DNA from: Candidatus Terrybacteria bacterium RIFCSPHIGHO2_01_FULL_48_17
Lineage (GTDB): Bacteria > Patescibacteriota > Minisyncoccia > Terrybacterales > 2-01-FULL-58-14
NCBI GenBank assembly: GCA_001822835.1
Contig: MHSS01000014.1
Coordinates: forward strand, 1-55,093
Direction of reading: 5' to 3'
DNA length: 55,093 bases
The position numbers and the translations under genes are program-made. Under the pieces are notes generated by a model. That model searched no databases. It was not told the origin of the DNA and worked only from the letters and a program-made list of their open reading frames with translations. Positions 44,364-53,460 of the stretch are shown in pieces (within the stretch, counting starts at the first letter, position 1; each line of letters opens with the position of its first letter).

Positions 44364-45144
44364 ACCTTAACGCTTCGCGAACAATCCTTGTCACCTCGGC
44401 ATGAATATTTCCATTCGTAGCAATAATGCCTGGCTGAAAAATATCTTTTGAATTTCCTTGCAAATCAGTCACCAGCCCGCCAGCTTCTTCTACCAATAAA
44501 ACGCCCGCTGCAATATCCCACGCATTGAGCCCTCGATGCACAAACGCATCACGCTCCCCTGAAGCAACTGCGCATAAATCAAGCGCGGCACACCATCTCC
44601 CCTCCTGCTCAACCCCTTGCGCTCGAAGAGCCGCAATAATACGCCCGTGAATCTTACGGCTTTCCGTTTTGCGTCCCGGATCTAAAAGTGTCCGCGCCGC
44701 AGATAAATGTCCTGTATTCGATACGTGAATACGGGCGCCGTTGAAGAAGGAGCCGCTGCCTCGCTCCGCCACAAACACATGTCCTTTTGCCGGCGCATAT
44801 ACAATACCGATTTCCGGGATACCGTTGCGCACGAAAGCAAGCGAGACAGCAAAATGCGGCACCCCAGTCGCAAAATTTGAAGTGCCATCAATGGGGTCAA
44901 GAACCCAAAGCTCATTTCCTGCAACCCGTGTTTGTCCCTCTTCGCTTACAATCGCATGATCTGGAAAAGCTTTGGTAAGGCCCTCGGTGATCATCGCGTG
45001 TGCAGATCGGTCCCCTTCTGTAAGCAGTGAATGGTCTTCTTTAAAATTATGCGCCAACGATTTGCGAAAAAAGCGCAGAACCTCTGCGCCGCTATCCTCT
45101 ACAATCCTTACCGCAACTTGTGTTTCCTTGCGCATATAACTCAT
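44347..45144 (-). CDS. suhB: Inositol monophosphatase family protein
   Basis: WVLDPIDGTSNF and WDIAAG motifs. Start set to ATG 45144, since the track start is TTG 45174. Confidence 0.9.
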   Translation of the reverse strand: MSYMRKETQVAVRIVEDSGAEVLRFFRKSLAHNFKEDHSLLTEGDRSAHAMITEGLTKAFPDHAIVSEEGQTRVAGNELWVLDPIDGTSNFATGVPHFAVSLAFVRNGIPEIGIVYAPAKGHVFVAERGSGSFFNGARIHVSNTGHLSAARTLLDPGRKTESRKIHGRIIAALRAQGVEQEGRWCAALDLCAVASGERDAFVHRGLNAWDIAAGVLLVEEAGGLVTDLQGNSKDIFQPGIIATNGNIHAEVTRIVREALRYDESD

Positions 45145-45196
45145 AACTTTCAATCCCGTGCAAGCAGAAAGCAATACGAGCCCGAAAAAAATTATC

Positions 45197-45300
45197 GGGC
45201 ACGAGCGGTTGCCCGCCGAGCGGCCTTAAGGAACGGAAGGATCCCTTGCAGACGCGAGGTGGGCTACCCGAGTGCCCGCGCTTCTTGTGCGAGGACAGCG
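45197..45300 (-). repeat. Dispersed ~105-nt GC-rich intergenic repeat, copy 2 (inverted relative to copy 1)
   Basis: Its reverse complement aligns with 10334-10440. Both copies are sense-oriented with respect to the flanking genes. Confidence 0.85.
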
Positions 45301-45322
45301 AAAAACGCTGCCGCAAGCACAT

Positions 45323-46027
45323 CTACCCCTCCGGCCAATTCTTTATTGCTTCATTCCATCTTTCGAACGTTCCGCAGTCGTGCCAGGCGCCCTCGTACGG
45401 AAAGCCGTATAATCTTCCTTCCTCTGCAAGCTTTGGGAATAAATCCTGCTCTACCATTGCGGGTTTGAATGTTGAAAAGTTGTAATAATCGAAAATTTCC
45501 GGCGTAAAAAGATAAAGACCCGAAGACACTAATTTGCTTGGAGGATTTTGGGGTTTTTCCAAAAAATCTTTTATGCGCATGCCGTCCATTACTGCAACGC
45601 CATAATCTTGAGGTCTTGGCACTTCAACAAGCGCGATGGTAGCGGGTCCTTGATGTTCGTCATGAAACGTCCGCATGGCTTTTAAATCCACGCGCTTCAG
45701 TTCGTCCCCGTTCGTGACAAAAAATGCAGGATCGGCGCGCAACCAATGGGCCGCTCCTACAATACCGCCAAACGTACCCATGGGTTCGGTTTCTTCAAAA
45801 AACCGAATGGGGTAATCGTCCCACCACCTTTTATACCACCACGCGAAGTCATCCTTATGCTCGGTGTTTATCATAACACCGATATCGTGCATGCCTTGCT
45901 CCAAAAAAAGCTCGACCAGGTAGTTAATGATCGGCTTTTTGCGCACGGTTAACAACGGCTTTGGCGTTTCCAAAGTTACGGGATATAATCGCGTCCCCTT
46001 GCCCCCAGCTAAAATAAGCGCTTTCAT
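45323..46027 (-). CDS. Sugar-1-phosphate nucleotidyltransferase
   Basis: MKALILAGGKGTRLYPVT (GxGTRL) N-terminus, 234 aa. Start moved to ATG 46027. Confidence 0.88.
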   Translation of the reverse strand: MKALILAGGKGTRLYPVTLETPKPLLTVRKKPIINYLVELFLEQGMHDIGVMINTEHKDDFAWWYKRWWDDYPIRFFEETEPMGTFGGIVGAAHWLRADPAFFVTNGDELKRVDLKAMRTFHDEHQGPATIALVEVPRPQDYGVAVMDGMRIKDFLEKPQNPPSKLVSSGLYLFTPEIFDYYNFSTFKPAMVEQDLFPKLAEEGRLYGFPYEGAWHDCGTFERWNEAIKNWPEG

Positions 46028-46034
46028 AAAACTT

Positions 46035-46916
46035 TTATTCTTGATCACGCCCTATAAATCGTCCGGCCCATTCCGGATGTGACCTTACCCATTCCGACAA
46101 TTCGTCTTCCGCGTCCCGCATATAGACACGGGCCTGCGCCCGAAGAATGGCGGCCTCTTTCAAAAGCGCATCGCGTTCCTGTGGCCCTGCCGCGTATGTC
46201 ATCGCCGGATCTTCGATACGTTTTTCTAATTGCTCAACCGCACGAAGTATATCCCACTGATCTGCGGCACGCTTGGCCGGTGGCGGGTCCAGCCCCTTGG
46301 CCGATAGATCAGCATAATCGCAATCGCGAACACGCTCGGCAAATTGTGAGAGCGCCTCTAGCGCAAGTCGCAGATCGCCTTTCGTTGCAAGCAAGCTCAC
46401 GAGCATCGTCTTGTCGCTACGGTCAAGAGGTTCCCGCATTACTTTGTCTTGCAACAACAGCGCCCCTAAACGTTGGGTATCTTCCGGTCTTGCGAAACTC
46501 CGATACAAATCGAAAAGCGCGTAATCTGGTTTTATTTCAAGGCGCTCCAAAAGGGCATCAGCAATCTGATCGCGTCCAGCTTCCTCCGTAATCAGCCGGC
46601 GCATTTCTTGTTCTGCGCCTTCATTATGAAACCGGGAATCGTAAAAAAGCTCCTGCCATGTATCAAGCATTTTATTCAACCGCTCTTCTTTGCTGAATTT
46701 TTGCCAAAATTCTTGCCCGCGTTCCGACATCATCACTTCCTTCCAAGAAAGATCAACCGGCTCTGGATGCATGACGAATTCCCGCCCTTCTCGCGGTTTG
46801 TCTTTTGGCCCGCCCATCTCCCCCTTCTGCGCGCGCGCTTTATATTCGCGCAGCATCCCTTTTTCCTGTTCAGAAAACTCTGGGCCAAGCCCTTCGGATG
46901 AATGTTTTTGTTCCAT
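46035..46916 (-). CDS. Orphan 293-aa charged soluble protein
   Basis: ORF only, helical and charged composition, no motif recognised. Located 7 nt upstream of the nucleotidyltransferase. Confidence 0.6.
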   Translation of the reverse strand: MEQKHSSEGLGPEFSEQEKGMLREYKARAQKGEMGGPKDKPREGREFVMHPEPVDLSWKEVMMSERGQEFWQKFSKEERLNKMLDTWQELFYDSRFHNEGAEQEMRRLITEEAGRDQIADALLERLEIKPDYALFDLYRSFARPEDTQRLGALLLQDKVMREPLDRSDKTMLVSLLATKGDLRLALEALSQFAERVRDCDYADLSAKGLDPPPAKRAADQWDILRAVEQLEKRIEDPAMTYAAGPQERDALLKEAAILRAQARVYMRDAEDELSEWVRSHPEWAGRFIGRDQE

Positions 46917-46939
46917 ATTTTGACCCTAACGCGCTTTCC

Positions 46940-46971
46940 GAAAAAAGAAAAGCCCCGGAAACTTCCCGGGC
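46940..46971 (-). terminator. Terminator closing the DUF2339/DUF3999 operon
   Basis: Bulged GC hairpin GCCCCGG..CCCGGGC (46952-46971). The minus strand continues TTTTCTTTTTTC. Confidence 0.6.
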
Positions 46972-46994
46972 AGATTCACGGCTTTAAAAAACAC

Positions 46995-47471
46995 CTACAA
47001 AGATTCGCAAGCATCCCTAATATCAATCGCCGAAATCTGTTTGGATGTTCCTTTTTCAATTGCAAATTTAACTTTCATACCGAACCGCATCGGTGTTGTT
47101 TGGGTACTGATTCCGCAACGGAAAAAGGCCGTATTAAGATCAATAGAATAATTTTGAACGCGCACAGGGACGCCCGAGGCGTTGACATAGGAATACTCTT
47201 GCGCGCTTTCTCCTATTAGCGCATCGATAACCGTATATCGAGAGGGGTTTAAAAAATAGAAGGAGTAATCTCGAGAGCTTGGCCGGGAAGGTTGCGGGGG
47301 GTAAGATGGCGGCTCTGGTTCAAGGCCTTGATTATAATAAGGAACAGAAGACGTGTTTTCGCCTGATGAATCCGATATGCCGGCTATAAATAAACCAACA
47401 GAGGCAAGCGCTGCGACAAAAAGGAAAATTCCTACGGCAGGCAATGTTTTTTCAAAAAAAGTACCGTTCAT
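46995..47471 (-). CDS. Membrane-anchored small extracytoplasmic protein
   Basis: 158 aa with an N-terminal TM, a Pro-rich linker (EPEPPSYPPQPSRPS) and a ~90-aa domain with 2 Cys. Located 3 nt after the DUF3999-like gene. Confidence 0.6.
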   Translation of the reverse strand: MNGTFFEKTLPAVGIFLFVAALASVGLFIAGISDSSGENTSSVPYYNQGLEPEPPSYPPQPSRPSSRDYSFYFLNPSRYTVIDALIGESAQEYSYVNASGVPVRVQNYSIDLNTAFFRCGISTQTTPMRFGMKVKFAIEKGTSKQISAIDIRDACESL

Positions 47472-47474
47472 GCC

Positions 47475-48770
47475 TTATTTTGGGGGAAGAATATTTTTGA
47501 TGCGCCGAAAAAGAAAAACTAAAAATATCCCAAAACCAACCGTCAATACGACAACTGCTCCGTTTAACACCCACGGGAAACGTTCAGAAAATGGCGGGGG
47601 CGGAGGGATTTTTTCCTCAAACAAAGGATTTTGCTCTTGCAGACCAAGGGTTGCCGCCGGAAGCCCTTCTGTTTCAAGATAACGGAAATATTGCGCAAGA
47701 TCGTAAGAGGGATACCGCGCCAAAGGATTTCCGTAATAGAGACGAAGCACCGCGTATGGGACAACAGAGAAAACCACCTTGCGCAAAAGCCCGACTGCGT
47801 GAGCGCTTTTTATTTGAAGAGGAGGATTGTCGGCATTAAAAATCGTAAGCCGCAAATACCGAAACGCGGTTTCGGGATATAAAATGGATGTTTTGGCACC
47901 CCTAAATTTCGGAGTATCGTATGAATAAAGAATGTCGCGAGAGTACACGCTATTCCATGAGTTTTTATCATTGCTTCCTTCAAGAGCAACTTCGCGCGAA
48001 TAATTGCTATCGGAAACCACAAGCTCAAGACGGTTGCTTGGTAAATTTTCTCCGCCAAGATCAAAGATGATTTGCGTACGTTGATTCTCGGGATCTTGTG
48101 TGCGCGCAACGATATCGGCATCGTACTGCACTTCTTTGGCTGCGGTTTCCCGTACCGAGGCAACGCGTGCACCGGAAAGCGAAAGCGCATCTTCCCCCCG
48201 GTCAAAAATCGTCACACGCAAATACCGTACCGTGCTCTCTGGATATCGCACCTTCGTATCTTGTGCCCGAAAACCGCGCTCAAATACCGTAAAATCATAA
48301 ATTTGGCCCTTCTCCGTCAATACGGCCCAGCTGGCCGCATCATTGCCTCCTTCAACAGAAACGCTGCGCCGAAAGTTTACGGAACTTGTGATAATTTCAA
48401 CCTCGCCGTGCAATGCCCCCGCCCTTCCCAAATCAAACACAAACGAGGTCTGCTCGCCCTTTATATACGAAAGGTCGCGCATATTTACGGGAAACGTAGT
48501 GCGCTCGCGCTCACTCTGTTCCACCACAAGCTGATATGGCACCTCGCGCCGACTGTCGTTTTCGATAATACGCAAATCGCGCAGGCCAGAAGCGGCATGC
48601 GCAAAAACATCCTGATCAAGCTCCAACTCAACATATTCGTTTTCGCCAAGCGCTTCGGGGAGGTTGATTGCCTTTACAAGCCGCCAGTCAGCAACGCTGA
48701 AATCGGCACGCACGGAAGCTGCAAATAACACAAGAGCGAAAAATAAAACAATCGAAATGATGTATTTCAT
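47475..48770 (-). CDS. DUF3999-like secreted protein with C-terminal TM anchor
   Basis: 431 aa after trimming to MKYIISIVLFFALVLFAASVRA (ATG 48768-48770). Beta-rich ectodomain and C-terminal TM. Size, topology and position after DUF2339 fit DUF3999 as I remember it. Confidence 0.65.
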   Translation of the reverse strand: MKYIISIVLFFALVLFAASVRADFSVADWRLVKAINLPEALGENEYVELELDQDVFAHAASGLRDLRIIENDSRREVPYQLVVEQSERERTTFPVNMRDLSYIKGEQTSFVFDLGRAGALHGEVEIITSSVNFRRSVSVEGGNDAASWAVLTEKGQIYDFTVFERGFRAQDTKVRYPESTVRYLRVTIFDRGEDALSLSGARVASVRETAAKEVQYDADIVARTQDPENQRTQIIFDLGGENLPSNRLELVVSDSNYSREVALEGSNDKNSWNSVYSRDILYSYDTPKFRGAKTSILYPETAFRYLRLTIFNADNPPLQIKSAHAVGLLRKVVFSVVPYAVLRLYYGNPLARYPSYDLAQYFRYLETEGLPAATLGLQEQNPLFEEKIPPPPPFSERFPWVLNGAVVVLTVGFGIFLVFLFRRIKNILPPK

Positions 48771-48771
48771 A

Positions 48772-50709
48772 CTATGATTCTTCAAGTAAAAATTCCTTAA
48801 TATTTTCTTTAAAACGATTATAGAGAAAAGCTGTGGCAAGCAAAATAATGCCAAGCGTGATAAACGCGGCAACACGATATCCCTGGTCAAGACCCAAAGA
48901 GTCAAACAAGAATACCTTAAAGATGGTGAACCAAAGCAATACGAGTGCCGCGATACGAATCGCGCGTGATCGCCGCACAATTCCTACGGCCACCATAGCA
49001 ATGGCGTAAAGCGCCCAGAGCGCCGATAACGAAAAATTCTTTCCGTTGCTAAGGTTGCGCACCTCGGCATAGTCAGCTCTTGGTTGCGGCACAAACGGCT
49101 CTTTGGGCCCAATGGGGGAACGTGCGGCAAGGGCGCGGCTATCAAACAAAGAGATAAGCTCGGCGCTCAACATCCAAAGCGTAAGAAAATGGGCCGCAAG
49201 CGAAAGTATCGGTAGTATCCATTTTTCCTCGGGCCTTAACAACTCTTTCCCTTTTGCGTAAAAATATGCGGCCGCATATACGGATGCAATCGCAACCACA
49301 AATGTCATAAAGCGATCGTTAAAAATAGGAGAAAACGTTTTAAGATTTACGCCGGCATCAAACGCAAATAATCGCACCATTGCAATAACAAGCACGCCGA
49401 GTCCAAATGCACGCAAATGGTAACTGGTAAGCAAAAAACCAAGCCACAGAAGCACTACCCCCTCCACTACCCAGGCAATTGTAATCCAATTTTGGGTAAA
49501 TTGAATGGGAATGGCAAACGTCAGCAATACCAGGGCTATACCACCCAAAAACAAAGTAAGCAGTGCGTTTTTGCGTGAAACCGACAATGCGGCATATGCC
49601 AGGATTCCATAAAACGCCGCAAGCCCAAACGTAAATATTCCCAGAAACGGCTCCCACGAGGGCAAAAGCAAAATGTAACTAATTGCAAAGTAGCTCGCGG
49701 CATTGAGCGACATAAGCGCAAGATCGGAACGATCCGGCGCCTTACGCCATAAAAAATGAAACAGAGTTGTTGCACCGACAAAAATAAGCCAAAAAACAGT
49801 GAGGGCGCCTTGCGCAAGAGCTAATTTCTCTTGCACATCCACCTGGCTTGTCCAAAAACCAAAAAGCACGAGAGACCCCACTAATCCCAAAAGCGTTAAG
49901 GGCCGCCAATTTCGAAACGACGCTAGCGATAAAACGCCAAGGTCTAAAATTGCGGCATAGATAAGCAAAATAAACTCATTGGAAAATTCTGTCCATAAAA
50001 GCACAGGGGTGACAAAACCACCCAATATTCCTACAATCGCAACACCTGCCGATTCATACCGCAGCGCTAAAAGTCCGGCAGTTGCGGTAACTGCCGCCAT
50101 AAACACAAACACAAGCTCTGCCGGAACGAGATGATAAAAAATGGCGGCTGCAAAAAGCGAAAGATAAAGAATCGCAACGCCTCCGCCCGTTATAATCTGC
50201 GCATATATTTTATATTTCTCCTTCCAGTATTCCCCAAGACCCAACAATGAAAGCCCTCCCGCAATTCCTAAAAGCACCCTTCCGCGCTCGCCTATCCAAT
50301 CATTGTCAAACGCCAGTTTTAAGAAAAATGCGACGCCAAGCACAAGAGCCGCCACCCCTACTCGCGCAAGCCAGTTGCCGCCAAGCATGGCCTCCCATTG
50401 AATCTCCTTTGGTTTTTGAGAAATATATGGCGGAGGAGATGGCGGAGGAGGGATCTCTTGAAAGGATGGCGCTGGGGGCGCGGCTGAAGAAACTCCTATT
50501 TTAAATGCAATCTGTTTTACGGTGGTCTCAAGTTCTGAAAAACGTCTTTCAAGTTTCTCAAGTCGTCCAGACACATCAAGCGCACCATACGCCTCCTCAA
50601 TCAATGAGGGGTTCCATCCTTTTGCCAACAACGCCTGCCTGATTGTAACATCGGTAGTGCCGCGTTGTCGCTCACTGGCGATATAGAAAACGAGTTCCTC
50701 TCGTGCCAT
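48772..50709 (-). CDS. DUF2339-like polytopic membrane protein
   Basis: 645 aa. Small N-terminal soluble module, coiled segment LEKLERRFSELETTVKQ, Pro-rich linker, then roughly 18-20 TM helices. Confidence 0.75.
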   Translation of the reverse strand: MAREELVFYIASERQRGTTDVTIRQALLAKGWNPSLIEEAYGALDVSGRLEKLERRFSELETTVKQIAFKIGVSSAAPPAPSFQEIPPPPSPPPYISQKPKEIQWEAMLGGNWLARVGVAALVLGVAFFLKLAFDNDWIGERGRVLLGIAGGLSLLGLGEYWKEKYKIYAQIITGGGVAILYLSLFAAAIFYHLVPAELVFVFMAAVTATAGLLALRYESAGVAIVGILGGFVTPVLLWTEFSNEFILLIYAAILDLGVLSLASFRNWRPLTLLGLVGSLVLFGFWTSQVDVQEKLALAQGALTVFWLIFVGATTLFHFLWRKAPDRSDLALMSLNAASYFAISYILLLPSWEPFLGIFTFGLAAFYGILAYAALSVSRKNALLTLFLGGIALVLLTFAIPIQFTQNWITIAWVVEGVVLLWLGFLLTSYHLRAFGLGVLVIAMVRLFAFDAGVNLKTFSPIFNDRFMTFVVAIASVYAAAYFYAKGKELLRPEEKWILPILSLAAHFLTLWMLSAELISLFDSRALAARSPIGPKEPFVPQPRADYAEVRNLSNGKNFSLSALWALYAIAMVAVGIVRRSRAIRIAALVLLWFTIFKVFLFDSLGLDQGYRVAAFITLGIILLATAFLYNRFKENIKEFLLEES

Positions 50710-50713
50710 AAGT

Positions 50714-51214
50714 TTAATAAAAGCTTCGAAGTGCGAATCCTAAAAACAACAACACGATCCCGGCGAGTAAAAATCCGATTACAAAAGTTGCCAAAACACC
50801 ATAAGAAATCCATCGCCGCCTTTTCCAAAAATACATTATTACGCCGATAAAAATTCCAAGCGATACGAGAACAGGGAAAAAGCGGAGTGCTAACGGTCCG
50901 TATGCAAAAAATCGGAATGGGATAAAAGCATAAAGCAGACGGGAAAAAATATAACCAATCACCCAAAATCCGAAAAAGCCGAACGCAAAATCACCGACTT
51001 TCTGCCACACGCTTTTGTAAAAACGTTTGTTTTTAAAATCAAAAAACCCACCGTCCCTTGTCACACCCGGTTGCAGCGGTTGTGCTAATTGTTTAAGGGC
51101 TGCGGCGATTTCTGACTCTGGATATCCTGCGTCCTTCAAGTTTTTCATCAGTACATCCTTAGGATACCGTGTACTGTTTTCCAAAAGATATCGAAGCGCA
51201 GCCGATTCTGCCAT
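50714..51214 (-). CDS. Small membrane protein sharing the N-terminal module of the DUF2339-like gene
   Basis: 166 aa. N-terminal LRYLLENSTRYPKDVLMKNLKDAGYPESEIAAAL, then 3-4 TM helices. Located 4 nt upstream of the next gene. Confidence 0.6.
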   Translation of the reverse strand: MAESAALRYLLENSTRYPKDVLMKNLKDAGYPESEIAAALKQLAQPLQPGVTRDGGFFDFKNKRFYKSVWQKVGDFAFGFFGFWVIGYIFSRLLYAFIPFRFFAYGPLALRFFPVLVSLGIFIGVIMYFWKRRRWISYGVLATFVIGFLLAGIVLLFLGFALRSFY

Positions 51215-51226
51215 TGATCTATTATA

Positions 51227-52408
51227 TCATAATGCCCCGCAATAACGCGGGGCAATTGTTGAAAGAGCATCGTTAAATCCTGAAAGGATTTTTTCTTTTT
51301 CCTCAAGACCAACCGAAACACGGATAAGGCCGTCGCCAATACCTGCTTCCTGACGTTGAGCTTGAGTCAGTTTTGCGTGGGTAGTGGTTGCGGGATGAAT
51401 AGCCATGGTCTCGGTCTCGCCCAGATGCGGGACAATGATAGCCGTGCCATTTGCAACCAGGTGATCGCACACGCACCATGACGCGTCTTTGCCGCCTTCA
51501 ATCTCAAATGAAAGGAGGCCGCTTCCCTTACTCCCCATCTGTTTTCGCACCAATTCGCGCTGCGCAGTTGAATTTAATCCAGGGTAATAGACGCGCTTAA
51601 CCGCAGGATGCGTATAGAGAAATCGCGCAAGCGCTGACGCATTTTGGGAATGCTGTTTCATGCGAACTTCCAAATGCGCAACTGCAGTCGTTGCAAACCA
51701 CGACTCAAAAACGCCAAGATTAACCCCAGAAACTCCTAAGCGTTGCCTTAATGGCTCAATTAACTCTTTTCCGCCGGTTACCACGCCGCTTAAGAACAAA
51801 CCGTTCGTAAGATATTTGGTTGCCGAGTACACCACAAGATCTGCCCCAAATTCAAGCGGACGCTGAATGGTGGGACCAGCAATGGTATTGTCAACCACAA
51901 GTAACGCACCGTTTTTATGCACCACATTGGCAATGGCGGCAATATCATATACCTCAAGCAAAGGGTTGCCGGGAGATTCAAGAAATGCCACTTTTGGCTG
52001 CCAACGATTAAAGCTAAAACGTGGACGCATCGCGCGCTCCCACACCACAAGATCGGTGGGGTCGGGTACAAACCGTGCCTGGACGCCACGCTCTGCCAAA
52101 AGATAATTTGTAAAATAGTTATATGTTCCTCCGTAAATGCGCGCGGATGACACCACTGCTTCTCCTGGCTGCACAAATACTTTGCATACCAGCTCTATCG
52201 CAGCTTCACCCGATGATGTGGCAATTCCGTCTTCTGCGCGATCTAGTTTGGCAACGCTCATTGCAAAGATATCGGGGTTGTCGTGGCCATAGCGATGATA
52301 AAAATGTGTCTTCAGTTTCTCGTCGGCAAAAGCATCGGCCGCCTCTTTGCATGTTGTAAAGGGGAAGCCGGCTGCTGCAAAAATCGTTCTTCGGGACTTC
52401 CAGTCCAT
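51227..52408 (-). CDS. Cys/Met-metabolism PLP enzyme (cystathionine gamma-synthase / O-acetylhomoserine sulfhydrylase / gamma-lyase family)
   Basis: 393 aa with VVYSATKYLTNG (PLP-Lys context). GGAG-rich SD upstream. Exact activity cannot be assigned. Confidence 0.88.
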   Translation of the reverse strand: MDWKSRRTIFAAAGFPFTTCKEAADAFADEKLKTHFYHRYGHDNPDIFAMSVAKLDRAEDGIATSSGEAAIELVCKVFVQPGEAVVSSARIYGGTYNYFTNYLLAERGVQARFVPDPTDLVVWERAMRPRFSFNRWQPKVAFLESPGNPLLEVYDIAAIANVVHKNGALLVVDNTIAGPTIQRPLEFGADLVVYSATKYLTNGLFLSGVVTGGKELIEPLRQRLGVSGVNLGVFESWFATTAVAHLEVRMKQHSQNASALARFLYTHPAVKRVYYPGLNSTAQRELVRKQMGSKGSGLLSFEIEGGKDASWCVCDHLVANGTAIIVPHLGETETMAIHPATTTHAKLTQAQRQEAGIGDGLIRVSVGLEEKEKILSGFNDALSTIAPRYCGAL

Positions 52409-52426
52409 CGCTCCTATCTCCTCTTT

Positions 52427-52449
52427 GTAAAAAAGCTCAGTGTGGAGCT
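52427..52449 (-). terminator. Weak terminator after holA
   Basis: 5-bp stem AGCTC/GAGCT. The minus strand continues TTTTTAC. Confidence 0.4.
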
Positions 52450-52479
52450 ACCCTATCACAACCGCTTTTGAAAGGAAAG

Positions 52480-53430
52480 CTACCTTGCCGCAAGCAACCA
52501 CGCATCTATGGCCAAGCGCAGAGGGAGCAAAGAGCGCATGCGTCGAGCGTCAAACCGAGCCGCGTGAATAAAAAACTCCTCTGCGTTTTGTGGATTCCAA
52601 AGCTGCGCAAAGGACAAAAGCTTGCGTGCCACAAAAGGATGTAAAGAAAAAGTGCGCGCTACCGTGACTTCAGAAATTCCCTCCTGATATGCCGCATATA
52701 TGCCCGCAAACGAGCGCGCAAGCCATATAAGATAATTGCCAATTCCTTTTGGATCCTCCCCTCCCGACACCAATTCCTCCAGAAACCTGAGTGCTCCAAG
52801 CGAACGGTGCGATAACAATGCGTCGCCCAAAGGAAAAATGGCCTGCGTCTCGTATTCCTGCCCGAATAACGATACATCCTTGATAGTAATTTTTTGCTTG
52901 CCGTATGTGAAGGCCAATACCTGTTCCAATATATTGGTAAGTCTCCAAAAATTATTCCTCCCAATCGAAGCAAGCTGCGTCAACGCTTCCGATTCAAGAA
53001 CCTGGCCGCTTCGTTGCGCGATTTCTTTTTTAACAAAACGGGTAACCCCCTCCAAAGATGGCTCTGGAAATTCCTGAATGGTGGCGACGCCTTGCAGTAA
53101 AGATAAAATAGTTTTTTCAATTTTCTCCTCGACAAAAACCACGATCATGGCCGGATCTTTTGCGGCTTTATATTCCTGAAGGAGGACTAAGGCCTTTTCG
53201 CCCCAATGCAAAAGACCATCGCGCGCAATGATAAAACGCGAGGACACAAATAATCCCTGCGCGGCCAACAGCGTTTCGAATTCCTCAAGCCCCTGCTCGG
53301 AAGCATCAATATGAGAAAAACCGAGCGCATCCGGGTGCTTTTGCTGATACGCTTCGATAATTTGGGAAAGTTTCCGATTGCGCAAAAAACTATTTGGGCC
53401 GTGAAGAAGGTAGAGCATGAAGGACAGCAA
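52480..53430 (-). CDS. holA: DNA polymerase III delta subunit
   Basis: 316 aa with LYLLHGPNSF N-terminus. Length and helical C-terminal domains are typical for HolA. Confidence 0.78.
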   Translation of the reverse strand: MLSFMLYLLHGPNSFLRNRKLSQIIEAYQQKHPDALGFSHIDASEQGLEEFETLLAAQGLFVSSRFIIARDGLLHWGEKALVLLQEYKAAKDPAMIVVFVEEKIEKTILSLLQGVATIQEFPEPSLEGVTRFVKKEIAQRSGQVLESEALTQLASIGRNNFWRLTNILEQVLAFTYGKQKITIKDVSLFGQEYETQAIFPLGDALLSHRSLGALRFLEELVSGGEDPKGIGNYLIWLARSFAGIYAAYQEGISEVTVARTFSLHPFVARKLLSFAQLWNPQNAEEFFIHAARFDARRMRSLLPLRLAIDAWLLAAR

Positions 53431-53460
53431 TTAGGGAGTAGAAAGCGGTAGATAGAATGA

